This document shows, piece by piece, positions 52,025 through 64,000 of a stretch of 64,000 bases of DNA. The notes under the pieces are model-generated. The model ran no database searches, was not told where the DNA came from, and saw only the letters and a program-made list of their open reading frames with translations. The stretch lies in assembly GCA_001643675.2 (NCBI GenBank), contig LSRY02000003.1, forward strand, positions 558,001 to 622,000, read 5' to 3'. A program made the position numbers and the translations under genes. Position 1 is the stretch's first letter, and the number at the start of each line of letters is the position of its first letter. Origin of the DNA: Monocercomonoides exilis PA203. Its lineage: Eukaryota > Protista > Preaxostyla.

Positions 52025-53450
52025 TCATACATTCATAAAATAGACTGAAATATTCATCTGTAATTTATCAAAATATTTTTTATTAAGAAAACCAAATATT
52101 CCATAAAAACTTGTGATGGCATCTTCGTATCCTTCTTCTTCCATCTTTTCAATCATCTCCATTTTGGTTGATTTTCTTTTTGCGTCTTCCTTTCTATACT
52201 CCTCCTCCTCTTCTTCTTCATCAAACGTTATTCCTTTCGTTCGCAATGAAATATTCACAAAAAATTCATAGCTTTTTTTTGTTACGCTGTACTCCAATGT
52301 TGACCGTTGCATCTCCTCCAAAACAGCATTAATAGCCCCACTCTCCAGCAAATGATCAACTTTCACACCTGTGCAATCTGCTGCTCTTCTTATTAATTAA
52401 ACGCATTTTTTTGCTCATTTCTCCATAACCATCCTTTGCTGTTCGAAGCACCCTAACAATGCTTTCAATATGTCCAGCAAATTCTTCATTCCACAGCTTG
52501 CATGAATCAAAGAAAGAGTCCAACGATCCGAACCATCTCAATAAAACAGATTTTTCTCATATTTCTTTTCCCCTCTTCCAATCCACACATTTCGACAGCT
52601 CTTCAAGTTCTCTCGCTGTTTCTCTCGCAAAATGAAGCTCATTCACAATGGCATCTCCCAAGCTTTTTTCCTTGAAAAATCTGCTGATCAAAAATTCCCA
52701 AGCTGATTGACAGGCAAGTTGAGTAAGATTGCAATGCTCCTGATGATGTTGGATTATTTCTGAAATTTTTTTAACAAAAAATTTTGGTTCAATTGCCTAA
52801 TAATAATTAGAAAAATGAGAAAAAATATCAAAAAGGAAATAGAAGTGCTCATACAGCTCCATCATCAATGCAACTGAAACAGAATAAAGCTATTTCCACT
52901 TCTTTTTGTGTTTTTTTGCTATCCTCTTTCTTCAAGGCAACTTTCAGAAGATAGGGCACACATATTGAAATCAACTCCAAAGAAGCCCACCTGCTCAACA
53001 AAAAATAGCATTCGCAAAGATCAACAAGCAAACTTTCTTCATTTTCTTCTTTCTTCTGTTCTTCATCAACAATCATCTTATGAATCCGTTGGTTCATCAA
53101 CGAATTATCAAAACAATAAAACGAAAAGCCTTTCAATTTTTTGTAATTCCGAATTGCTTTCATCAGCTTCATTTTTTCAATCATTTTGTCTATCTTTTCG
53201 AACATTTCTGTTGTGAAAACTGTATGATATTCTTTAATGTTCATATAAGCAATCATCTCGCTCGCTTCTTTGATTTTCTGCTTTTGTTCATCCTCACTGC
53301 AATCCTCCAGTTCGTAGAATAATTCTGAAAAAAAGAAAAGAAAGAAAAAAGAAAAGCAAAGAAAATATGAAGAACAGATTTTTCAATTGTTGCGAGATGG
53401 CTCAGACTTAAAAACTTTTCGGTTGGAGATATTTCTTGGATTTCATTAAT
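52025..53450 (-). pseudogene. Frameshifted member of the lineage-specific helical multi-copy family
   Basis: LLVDLCECYFLL, KEVEIALFC, HQEHCNLTQLACQSAWEFL and MEEEGYED parallel the 55393-56858 gene. The reading frame is broken between ORFs 52356-52541 and 52025-52366. Confidence 0.75.
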
Positions 53451-53929
53451 GCATTCAATAATTCTTCAAATAACTTATTCGAAAATTATCAATCAATAGC
53501 GATTCAATTAATGAAATATTAGAAAAATGAAAACTTCTATCTTTATCTTGAAAAATAAAAATATTTCAGTTATTATCTTGATTTGTTTGCCTTAAAAATT
53601 TGCGTAGGTTAACAAAACGCAGCAAAATAAATGGGACTTGTTGAAAAAGTCCAGATCCTCAAATCTTCAGTTTCTCATTGATCGAACTAAAAGTAAATAT
53701 AAATGACAGTTTTTATGCTAGATATAATATGTTTATTGAATCTTCTTCCGCTTGATATTATCTAATTCTTTTTAATTTTTGTTTTGTTTTTTTTTTAATG
53801 CTAACTTTTATTTTGAAATTTTAAAAAGAGATTGTCACTTTTTTTTTTTTTAATTTTATCTTTTTCAAATTATTTTCTCTTTCGAATCATTAACGCTTCT
53901 TGCTCAAAAGTGATTGGTCTGAAGGAATT

Positions 53930-54335
53930 TAGTTTGTGTTAAAAATGTTGGACACTTTTAATAACCGTGGACAGTCGCATTATCTCAACAACCTTTGACA
54001 GTTGCTTTTTGACAATGAACCCAATTATTCCCTCAATAAATACAAACTGATAAGATATACAGAAATGAAACAACTTACTCCTAAGAATAAAAAACTCAAC
54101 ATTTTCAATTCATAGAGAAACTCGGATACAAAAGATTCTCCGAGTTTCTCCGAAAACAAATAAAAATTTATGTATTATTTCATTGTGTTGGATGGGTGGT
54201 TGAAATTTTTCATATTAGTTTATATTCTATGAGGGAATAATTGGGTTTATTATCAAAATACAACTATCAATGGTTGTTGAGAAAATGCAACTGTCCACAG
54301 TTATTGAAAGTGTCCACCATTATTAACACTTACTA
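53930..54335. mobile_element. Tc1/mariner-type MITE, family B copy 2 (inverted relative to copy 1)
   Basis: Same TIRs (GGACACTTTTAATAAC...GTTATTGAAAGTGTCC) and central hairpin. The spacer ATTATTTCATTGTGTTGGAT is the reverse complement of the copy 1 spacer. Confidence 0.85.
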
Positions 54336-55392
54336 TATATGACAGTGCTTTTTCTGGTCAACCAAATTTTTCATAAATATTTGGAATAAAGTTTCATAAA
54401 GTTTTCACTTAAGCCTATTAAAACCTTAAATTTTTTGATCTTTTTTTTATTAATCTTGAAAATTTCTCAATTTAAAAATTTCACAACACACAAATACAAA
54501 TTCGAATATCTCTTTGTCATAATAATGAAGTTAATAAAAAATAAAAATGTGATTATTCGAATTATCACTTTTGAAATAATTTGTGTGTAATGTCAAACAT
54601 CAATAACTCGAAATAGTCACAAACTCATACATGTGGCTAACATATGCTTTCATATAATTCTTTATTTGAACAATTATAATATCTCCATTCAATTGATAAT
54701 TACAAAAGAAAATTTTTTCATTTGTTATCATTTCTTTTTTCTAAAAGAAGAAAGAAGAAAATATTATTTTTTTTTTTTTAAAAATGTATAGAATAAAAAA
54801 ATAGAGATGCATATTAATTGCTTCAAAAATACATGAATGAAATGAAATAATATTATGATTAAATTTCAATTTAATGGTGGAATCACTTTTCAGTGTTCGT
54901 TTTTAAATAATCAAAGCAAAATTTCAAATCATGACATTTAAAATGGATTAATGAATCAATTCCAAAACATAAACCCATTATAGATCCTGTGAATGAATCA
55001 TTATAAATTGTTTATTTGACTTGTGGGTGATAATTAAGTCATCGAATATTTTCAAACGAAAATTTTGATTTGATAATATTATTTGAATATCAAATAAATA
55101 AATAAATAAATAAATTCACTTTCAAAAATGAAAATATTTCAAAAATTTGAATAATTCTTGATTTCCTGTTATTTGTACCATAATGCAAAAGCAGTTTGTT
55201 TGAATAGTCTCTGAATCGAAAATCAATATTTCAGAAAAAAGTTGTCTGTATTTTTTTCCATTCACATTTTTGTTTTATTTGAAGTTGCAATAATCAATTT
55301 TCAAAATGATCAAAATGATTGATTTCTTTGCTGTGAAATGAACTGAATAGAAGATAAAAAATACACTATTCATAAATAAAGGCAATTCTTTT

Positions 55393-56858
55393 TCATAAAT
55401 TCATTAAACAGCCTTCAGTACCTGGTATCAGCTCGAACCAATATTCATTGATAAGAAAAAGGTTTGCACAACACGAACTTGTAATCAAATCTTCATATCC
55501 GTCTTCTTCTAAAATGTCAAATAACTCTCTTTTAAAATTCCATTCTGTTTCATCGAAGTCTTCAAAAATTCCTTCTGTAATGATCTCTGATTGTGAATGT
55601 AAAAATTGCAGGCAGTCCATGAGCGCGTTATCATGCAGTGTTGATTGGCTCATTTCCTCCAAAACGCATCCAGTAGCCCCGCTCCTTACTAAAACCGGAA
55701 GTGGATTTTCATTTAACTTTATCACTTCGCAAAACAGGTTGATACAATCATCAGATATTTTCCTTTCAAATCCTTTTGTTGCCTTGTACAGCCTTGCAAT
55801 CAAGGAAAATAATCCAACAAATATTTTGCGACTCATATTGCATCCGTGATAAGCCACCTCAATTAAAATTTTCACCCAATTTCCTATGATTCTCACTTCT
55901 TTCATTTCTTCTAAACTCTTTTCCTTTTTTACCAAATTATTGCGCTTCAACAGCTCTTCCAACTCACTTGTCGACTCTCTTGCAAAATGCATTTTGTACA
56001 TTATTTCGACTTTCAAGTAATCTTTCGAATATAAATAACCTACCAAAAAACTCCAAGCGGATTGGTAGGCAAGACGTGTCAGGTTGTGATGCTTCTGATG
56101 ATATTTGATAATTTCATCAATAACGTCCAAATATGAACAATTTTCTTTTGACCTATAAAATAAATTTAACGTTCAATAAATAATGGCATTGATAAAACAG
56201 CGTTTATACCACAAACCCTTCTAATTTGGCTAACGCCAACAAACTCATTTCCACTTCTGTTTTAACTTCCTCTCTTTCAGATTTATTCGATGCAACATAA
56301 AACAGACAAGGACCACAAATTGAACGTAATTCTGAAGAAAATTTGTCGTTTAGCAAAAGATAGCATTCACAAAGATCAATAAGAAGTTGCTTATTTATTC
56401 CTTCCTTTTTTTTATTTTCTTCAACAATCATCATTGCAAATCGAGTTCCCAATGAAGAATCAGTGAAGCCGCTACTCTTTATTCCATTTATAGTTTTGCA
56501 AAATCCCATGTGCTTCAATATCACAAGTGCATTTCCAAAATTCAATATATTTTCTTTGATCATTTTCTCGATAAGATCAAATGTTTTTTGAGCAAAAAAA
56601 TTTTTTTGCTCTTCGTTGTTCATTTTCTCAATTTCCTCATTTATTTCTTCAGTTTTCACTTTTTGTCCACCAACTGTATTATCACCTAGCCTGAAAATCA
56701 TTTCTTTAAAAAAAAAAACATTAAATAGAGAGATGAAAAAAAGAAGAAACAAAAAATTAATCTATACCATATATTTTTTCTTTCAGTGGAACATTACTAA
56801 AAACAATTCCACTTTTGTTATTATTCGAAATACTATTTTGTCTCATCATCATTTCCAT
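55393..56858 (-). CDS. Member of the lineage-specific helical multi-copy family, three exons; intactness at the exon 2/3 junction uncertain
   Basis: ORFs 56204-56752 and 55393-56130 carry LLIDLCECYLLL, TEVEMSLLAL, HQKHHNLTRLAYQSAWSFL and LEEDGYEDLI. The first exon from ATG 56858 splices in frame. Confidence 0.7.
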
Positions 56859-58075
56859 TTATTTGTATCTGCAAAAATATTTAAAGACGTAGAATTAACA
56901 AAATGTTGATCATTGTTTTCAATTCATACTTGTAGTGTTTTTAGAATAAGATGTTTTGCTGAAAAGAAAAGAAATATTTGAAAAAAAAAGGCAAATTATT
57001 TTTGTTTGTTTTATCTCGTTTTGGTATAATTGATCTTCAATTTCTTTTTAAAAAATAAACAAAACAAAAATTAGTGAAAAGATATGAGAAACATATGGTG
57101 ATGGAATTTATTTCAAAATGAACAAAGCTGCTGATAACAATAATTGAGAAATTTGAAATCTCTTTTCAAATATTGAAGACAAACTCAAAATTCTGAAGAC
57201 TTTTGTGGATGAATTAGAGAAATTTAGATAAACAATGTATGATATTTTGACTGTATTTGATTATTATTTTTTCGATAGCACTTGACCTATTTTGAATTGG
57301 AAAAGAAATTGCAAAAGTTTGAATATTCAACAACAGAAAAGGAAAAAGTGAAATGTTAGAAATTGCATCCATGAGAAGGAAACTCAAAAGAACGCAAAAT
57401 GAAAGGAAATGGAAATAGCAAATGATAAAGAAAGGCAGTCATTTTTTTTAAATTTTTTTTTGATAATAATTAAAAAGAAACGGTTTTAGAAAAGGATGAT
57501 GATTTTAATGGAGCTTTCAAATCATTGGACTGAGAAAGGAGGAAACTGTATATCAGCTGGTGGAATTAGGATGAGTTCACGCAAATGGAGAAAGTTATTG
57601 ACTCTGAGATAGAAGAAGGAAAAAGTCATAAATTATTTCAATAACTTTTTCTTTTAAAAACCATATGAAAGAAAAATACATTCAACCTTCAAAAAGAAAG
57701 AGAATGAACACACACATATTAACAATTTATATATACGAACAAAACTGTTAAATACATTCTTATTATAAAGAAGCTTTGAATAACATGAAATAACACAAAT
57801 ATGTCTTTTATCAAAAAATATCATAAATTTACTTTGTTTAAATATTTTTTATTGAAATCATTCATATTTATCATCTGTTTATCTATTTTTTTTGAATTTC
57901 AAGTTATAGATTTATCACAACTCCCATTATCTTATTTGATAAATAGTATTTGCTTTTCTTTTTTGTTTGCAAAAATGAAACTTTAAAAAATTTAACATTT
58001 TTTTTATACTATACATAATTGCGCACTAAATTTTGGAAATATTTATTTCATAAATGGGAATTTGACGTTACCAGC

Positions 58076-61000
58076 ATGACTCAACTGCAGCTTCTTAGTT
58101 CTGTTGAAGAAATTCAAAATGAAATTCCAATATTCAAATTTAAGGAGCTGAAGATCGTTTGCGAGAATCTTAAAGGTATACCATCCGGATTTGTATTTCA
58201 GATTATTTCAATTTAATCACATTAATATTTTAAGACAACATTAAGAGATCTCCACCATCCACATGGTAACAATTTTTTATCTTGTGAAAGCATTGATATC
58301 ATTATTTGAAAATATGCATTTATTATTTATTTATTTATTTATTTTTTTAGTACAAAAGAACATCTTCGAATGGTTGAACTTGCAATTGATACAAAAAGGC
58401 AGGATTTAACGGAGGCAGGAGTTTCAGTTGTTAAAGTTTGCAAGCACAAGAATATTGACAGCTCACTGAGGCTTTTGAATCATTTTATTTGTAAATGTTT
58501 CTGTTTTAAAAAATTTTGCAGCATTGGCTTGAATGGGGATTTATTTCTGGTCAGACTTCAAATAACGGAAGTGGAAAGTCAACTATTTTGGATGAAGTAT
58601 TTGATTTATTGGAATTTGCAAATACTCTTCAAAAGGGTTCAATACAAATTAATGTCATTGGAGTTTGAATTTCTTTTATTTTTCACAAAAACTTTTACAA
58701 CAACAACAAAAAAATAATAATAATAATGAATTTAATTGTGTTTGACAAAGGCAATCCACACAGCATTTCTTTCAAAGGACTGCATAATTCAAGGGGACGC
58801 GATCGGAAAGGCAGTGCGCATGATTGTTTTGGCCTTTCCAGCGCTGCAGGCGAACGAAGAGGAAGAGTATTGCATGCGAGCAGTTCACCAATGCGTCTCG
58901 AGCCTGTTTTTGAAGGTTGACAAGGCAGAGAAAGAGCACTTGGCCTGGAAAAAGGAGAGGGAAAAGAGCAAAACGGCAGGCGATTCGAAGGAGAAAGAAA
59001 AGAATAAAGAGAAAGAGAAAGAGAAAGAGAAAGAGAAAGAGAAGGAGAAGAGTCCAACCGCCATTGAGTTACACAGCGCTGTTGACTGCGCGTCGAGGCT
59101 TATCGAAGCGCTGGCAACATATTCGCGCGAAGAGACGACGGCTCTTTCAGGAAACTCTTCTCAATCATCGACTGGTTCTCAATCATCTTCTTCCTTGTCT
59201 TCCTCTTCCTCTTCTTCATCTTCATCCTTCTCTTCCTCTTCTTCCTCTTCGTCATCTTCATCATCCTCCTCCTCTTCTTCCTCTTCCTCCTCCTCCTCCT
59301 CCGAATCCATCACCCTCTCCCTCTCCGCCACGAAGCAGCGCCTCATCTGCCTCTCCGCCTTGCACGGCCTCTTGTTCTCTGCTGGAGGAGTCATCATCCG
59401 TTTCCCCCGCCTCTCTGCCAACATCCGGCGTTTCGTCATGCCTGCCATCATTGCCAATGCAGGTGTTTCAGCCCCGCCTCTGTTCAGACTGAGCGTGGGG
59501 ATCCTCCAGCAGACGATTCGCTGGTTCGGCCTCCGCTTCAAAGAAGAGGTGTCGTCAATGATGAGTGTGTGTGAGCACGTGCTGAATGCAGCTCAAGGTG
59601 CGATGATGGAGGAAAAGAAAGCAGTGCTGGAAGTTCTGATGCCCCTCTTTTCGAACGGGAAGTGCCTGGCTGACATCTTCTGCACGTTCGACTGCGATTT
59701 GAGAGGCGAAAACCACTTTGAGCAGTTTTTGAATGCCATCAGCCGGATCGCCGCGAATGCGAGCGTGGCTGCGGGAGACAGAGAAAGGCAGATGGGAATG
59801 GGAAGTGGAGGTTTGTCATCGTCTTCGTCTTCTTCTTCTTCCTCCTCTCTTTCTTCCTCTTCCTCTTCCTCCTCTTCTTCCTCTGCTATGATGCAGACCT
59901 CTCCATTTGTGACGTCTTCTTTGTCTTCTCCTTCAGCTGTCGCTTCTTTCTCTGCTTCTTCTGTTCTTGTTTCTTCTTCCTTCTCCGGCCTTTCCTCTCC
60001 TTATTCTTCCTCCCCCTCATCTTCCTCTTCCTCCTCTTCTTCCTCAAACACCTCTTCCTCTTCCTCTTCTTCTTTTTCCTCCTCTTCTGCCTCTTCCTCC
60101 CTCACACCCTCACGCATCCCCCGCACACTGGAGCAGCTCTCCTTCATTGCTCTTGTCAACATGATCACTTCTGTTTCTGAATGGTCGCTTTCTCTTGCCG
60201 CCCCTTTCTTCTCTTCTCTGCCTTCTTATCTGCCATCTCCTAGTCAAACACCTGGAGTTTCTAATTCTTCTTCACAAGGCAATCTTCGTTCTCTTTCTCC
60301 TCCTCCTTCTCTATCTTCTTCTCCTTCTGCCTCTGGCTCCCCCTCCCCTTCCCCTTCACCTTCCCGTGTCGATGAGCAGAAGAAACACAAAGCAGAACTT
60401 TTAAAGGCCGTCCAGCTGTTCAACATGAAATGCAAGCGAGGAATCGACTTTGTTGTGAAGCACCAGCTGTATCCAGAGACCGCTGAGGGCATTGCCTCAT
60501 TCATTTACGACACACCCACTCTGTCTCGCTCGATGATTGGCGAGTTCTTTGGCCAGTCAGGTGAATTCTATTTAGACGTCGTGCGCTGCTACCTGCACAA
60601 GCACAACTTCTATGGCCTGTACATTGACGAGGCGCTGAGGAAATTCCTCGCATCGTTCCGGATTAGCGGCGAGTCGCAGAAGATATATCGGATAATGGAG
60701 TGTTTTGCAGATGAGTATCTTTTGCAGAACCCGGGCACCTTCCAATCGTCCGAAAGCTGTTTTTTGATTGGGTATCAGACGCTGATGCTGCATTCGATAG
60801 CGCATTCGAATTCAAACATGATGGCGATGATGACGAAGGAGGTGTTTATATCACAGGGGAAAGGGCAAGGTGTGACTGACGCGTTTCTGGGGGATCTGTA
60901 TGACAGGGTGTGTGCGAACGAGATCAAAGTGCTGGGAGATGATGACGAGAGGACGAAAAGGGCGCTGAATGAAGAAAGAGAACGGCTGTCGAAGAAGCAG

Positions 61001-64000
61001 CTGCGGCAGTATGTGCAGGAAAAAGCGGAGGAAGAGAAGATGCTGCATGCGAAGATGATGGAGGAAAGGCTGAATGATCTGAGGAAAGAGCAGCTGAGCG
61101 CGAAGGAGAAGAGGAGGATGATGAAGAGGATGCGGAGAGAGATGGTGCAGAGGTTCGATTTTGAGAAGGAGAAGGAGAAGTTTGAGAGCAGGCAGAAGAA
61201 GAAGAAGATTGTGACAAGGAAAGTGAAGCAGATGGTGAAGAAGAAGGTGAGGAAAGAGAAGAAAGAAGGGGAAGAAAATGTGCCGAAGACGGAAGAAGAG
61301 CTTGAAATTGAGCGGAAGAAGAAAGAAGAGAAGGAGAAAAGAAGAGAAGAGAGGAAGGAAGCGAAAAGGAAAGCGAAAGAAGAAGAAAGAAAATATTTGG
61401 AGATGATGAAGGAGAAAAGCGATGATAAATACGCAGGTTGCGGTTCTTCATCATTTGTCTCTATTTTTGACCAGCCAGACAACGAAGAAGGAGGAGAAGG
61501 AGAAGGAGAAGGAGAAGGAGACGAAGAAGAAGATGATGAAGAAGACATGAATGAAAGCGATTTTGAAGAGATTGAGGTGGAAGAAGAAGTAGAGGTGGAA
61601 GAAGAGGTGGTTGATGAAGAAGCTGAAAAGGAGGAAGAGAAGAAATGGCTGGCAGAAATGGAAGTTTTGAGGAAGAAAGCAGAGGAAGAGGAGAAGAGAG
61701 AGGCAGAAGAGGAGGAAGAAGAAGATGATGACAGCGATGATGAAGATGGAGAGGGAGATGAAGATGACTATGAAGAAGGAGATTCAGAAGAAGAAAACGA
61801 AGAATCCAACAAAGATGGAACAAAAACCAAAAAACACTCAAACAAAAAATCATCATCATCATCCTCTTCTTCATCATCAACCTACTCCTCCGCTCTTTCC
61901 TCCGCCACATCCGAACACGCGCGCGCTATGCTCGAGACAACCTGCTGGCCCTCCCTCGCCTCCGTCGCCGCTGTTCTCGAAGGCACAAACGAGACAGAAA
62001 CCGCCCAACACTGTGTCTTCGCGTTCCGTGTGCTGATCCACCTGACGTGTGTGTTTGAGATGGAGATGGAGAGAGACGCGCTGGTGGCTGCGCTGACTGC
62101 AGCGTCGTGTGTGTCTTCCACAAACAACAGGAGAATCATGGCACACAAACACCTCCTCATCATCAGACAGTGCCTTGCGCTGGCGATGCCGAACAAGACG
62201 AATTCGATTGCGCTTTTTGCACAAGGGAATGAGAAGGAGAATGTGGAAAGAGGAAGAAGCGGAGAAAGAGACAGAGAAAGAGTTAACGCACCGATGAGGA
62301 AGAGGGCGAAGAAGACAACAGCAGAAAGATTGAAGGAGATGCCAGGTGATGGCGAGCTGCTGAGATCAAGCTGGAACCACATCCTGCTCCTCACCTCGAA
62401 CCTGCACCGACTCCATCTTCTGTCTGATGGAATGACAGCTGCTGAGCTGGAGGCTGCATTCGACGGCGATGTTGGCATGCTCTCTTCGACTTCAACAGCG
62501 CGCCCTGTGCCAATGAATGCGTATTCTCGCTCGATTTCTCCATCTCCTTCTCCTTCGCCTTCTCAATCTCCTTCGATGGCATTGTCGATGGCGTCACCTC
62601 CTCGTTCGATCGAATCTTCACCTTCGTTCGGATCATCATCATCATTATCTTCCTCTTCTTCCTCTTCCTCCATTTCCTCTGCTTCATCCAACACACCCTC
62701 ACCTTCTTCTTCCTCTTCCTCTTCCTCTGCCCACATCCCGTCTTCCACCTCTTCCCAGTTCCGGCGCGACCGCATCGCCCTTCGCAACTCCATTTTCCTG
62801 TTCAGACAGTCTGGTTTTGACATGGAAGAAGTCGAAGAAGTCTTTCGTTCTTCTCCTCATCTTTCCCCACGTGCATTGGAAGACATGCTAAAGAGCTTGT
62901 GTTGGCTGTCCATGGAAGACATGAATCAGCAGAAGCGGAGCTACAGAGAAGAGAAAGAGAGGGGTGGGGAATATGGGAGTGGAAGCGGTTCTTCTTCTTC
63001 TTCTTCTTCTTCAATTTATCGCTCCCGCCTCTTCTCCCTTCGCGAGATGCAGATCATCTGTGCGGACAACGTTTGGCGTGAGCTGTCTGTGTGGGACAAG
63101 ATATTTCCTGCGTTGTCCACACATTGTGTGAACATCGCCACCAACAGCGAGAACGAGAACATGGCGTCTCTGGCAGTGGTGATTCTGAGGCAGATTGTGT
63201 TTGCGCTCTTTTCGCGGAATGATTTGGGCAGGACGCCGCTGATTCCGCCGTTTGATGCAGAGGAAGGGAGGCTGGGTGAGGTGGTGGATGGAGGGAAGGA
63301 AGGGAAGGAAGGGGGAAGAGGAGGAGAAGGAAAGAGAGAAGCTAAAGAGAAAGAAGAGGAAGAGGAAGAGAATAAAAATGAAGCAGAGGTTGATTCAACC
63401 AAAGAGCAAAGTAATATTCCACAGCAGATGGTGATTGAGATAGGAGAGAAGCCAAAAGAAGGAGACCTCTCAAATTCTGTCTTGTCACAGCAGAAAGCAC
63501 AGCAAAATGCAAAAATTGCTCAAACGGCAACTTCTTCTTCTTCTTCTTCTAATTTATCATCATCATCATCTTCTTCTTCTTCCTCTCCTTCTTCCTCAAC
63601 CACTTCTTCTTCATCTTCCTTCCACTCCACATACAACAGACACCAAGTATATCTACGTCCCTTCGAACAGATCTGCACTTTCATCCACACACACATCTCT
63701 TCTTCTTTCTCCATCAGAAATTCTCTTCCTTCTCCTCAATCAACAACAACAACATCATCATCATCTTCTTCTTCCTCTTCTTCTCCTCTCCATCTCTCTC
63801 TCACCATCCGCTCTCTCGTCATTGAATGCCTTTCCCAGCTCGTTTCCCTCTGTGGGCCGCGCCTCTGCAGCGGCTGGAAGATTCTCTTCTCCTGTTTAGA
63901 AGACATCTCCCGTGAGTGGAAGTATCGAGGCATCAAACTGGTGCATTTGCTGCCGCAGCTGGCGCATCTGCAGGCGAAGAGGGAGAAGATGGCGAGGCAG
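58076..64000 (+). CDS. Large Sec7-domain ARF guanine-nucleotide exchange factor (BIG/Sec7 or GBF class), 3' end beyond the window
   Basis: Short 5' exons, then one long exon from ~58751. It contains DCB-like AIHTAFLSKDCIIQGDAIGKAVR, HUS-box-like DIFCTFDCDL (~59670-59700) and a Sec7 domain at ~60370-60930 (VQLFNMKCKRGI...IGEFFG...DEALRKFLASFRISGESQKIYRIMECFA). It is missing from the ORF track, probably because no stop is reached. Confidence 0.92.

Noticed and set aside
58917-63936. Many short overlapping ORFs on both strands (also within 5057-13333 and 35122-42666)
   Set aside because: Shadow frames of long, low-complexity real CDSs.

Overview
AT-rich, intron-containing eukaryotic DNA in the standard genetic code. 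The composition, short GT-AG introns and repeated gene families suggest an oxymonad such as Monocercomonoides (inference, not verified). Recognisable housekeeping genes: condensin II kleisin NCAPH2, RPL10A (uL1), a stand-alone nucleoplasmin-like protein, an FKBP-TPR immunophilin, a Yak1/DYRK kinase and a large Sec7 ARF-GEF that runs off the window. There are also three large hypothetical genes, several copies or pseudogenes of a lineage-specific helical family, and a giant type I membrane receptor-like pseudokinase gene (5057-13333) split by one in-frame TGA. DNA transposons are dense. They include a 3,014-bp element with perfect 361-bp TIRs and an 8-bp TSD whose only recognisable content is fragments of the receptor-pseudokinase family (Pack-type gene capture), a 2,218-bp pogo/Fot-type DD35D element with an intron, apparently nested in an older ~7-kb TIR element, and three MITE families. 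The best candidate for an undescribed system is TIR-transposon capture and shuffling of a surface receptor-pseudokinase family. All structures were read by eye; no database searches were run. No rRNA, tRNA or CRISPR was seen.
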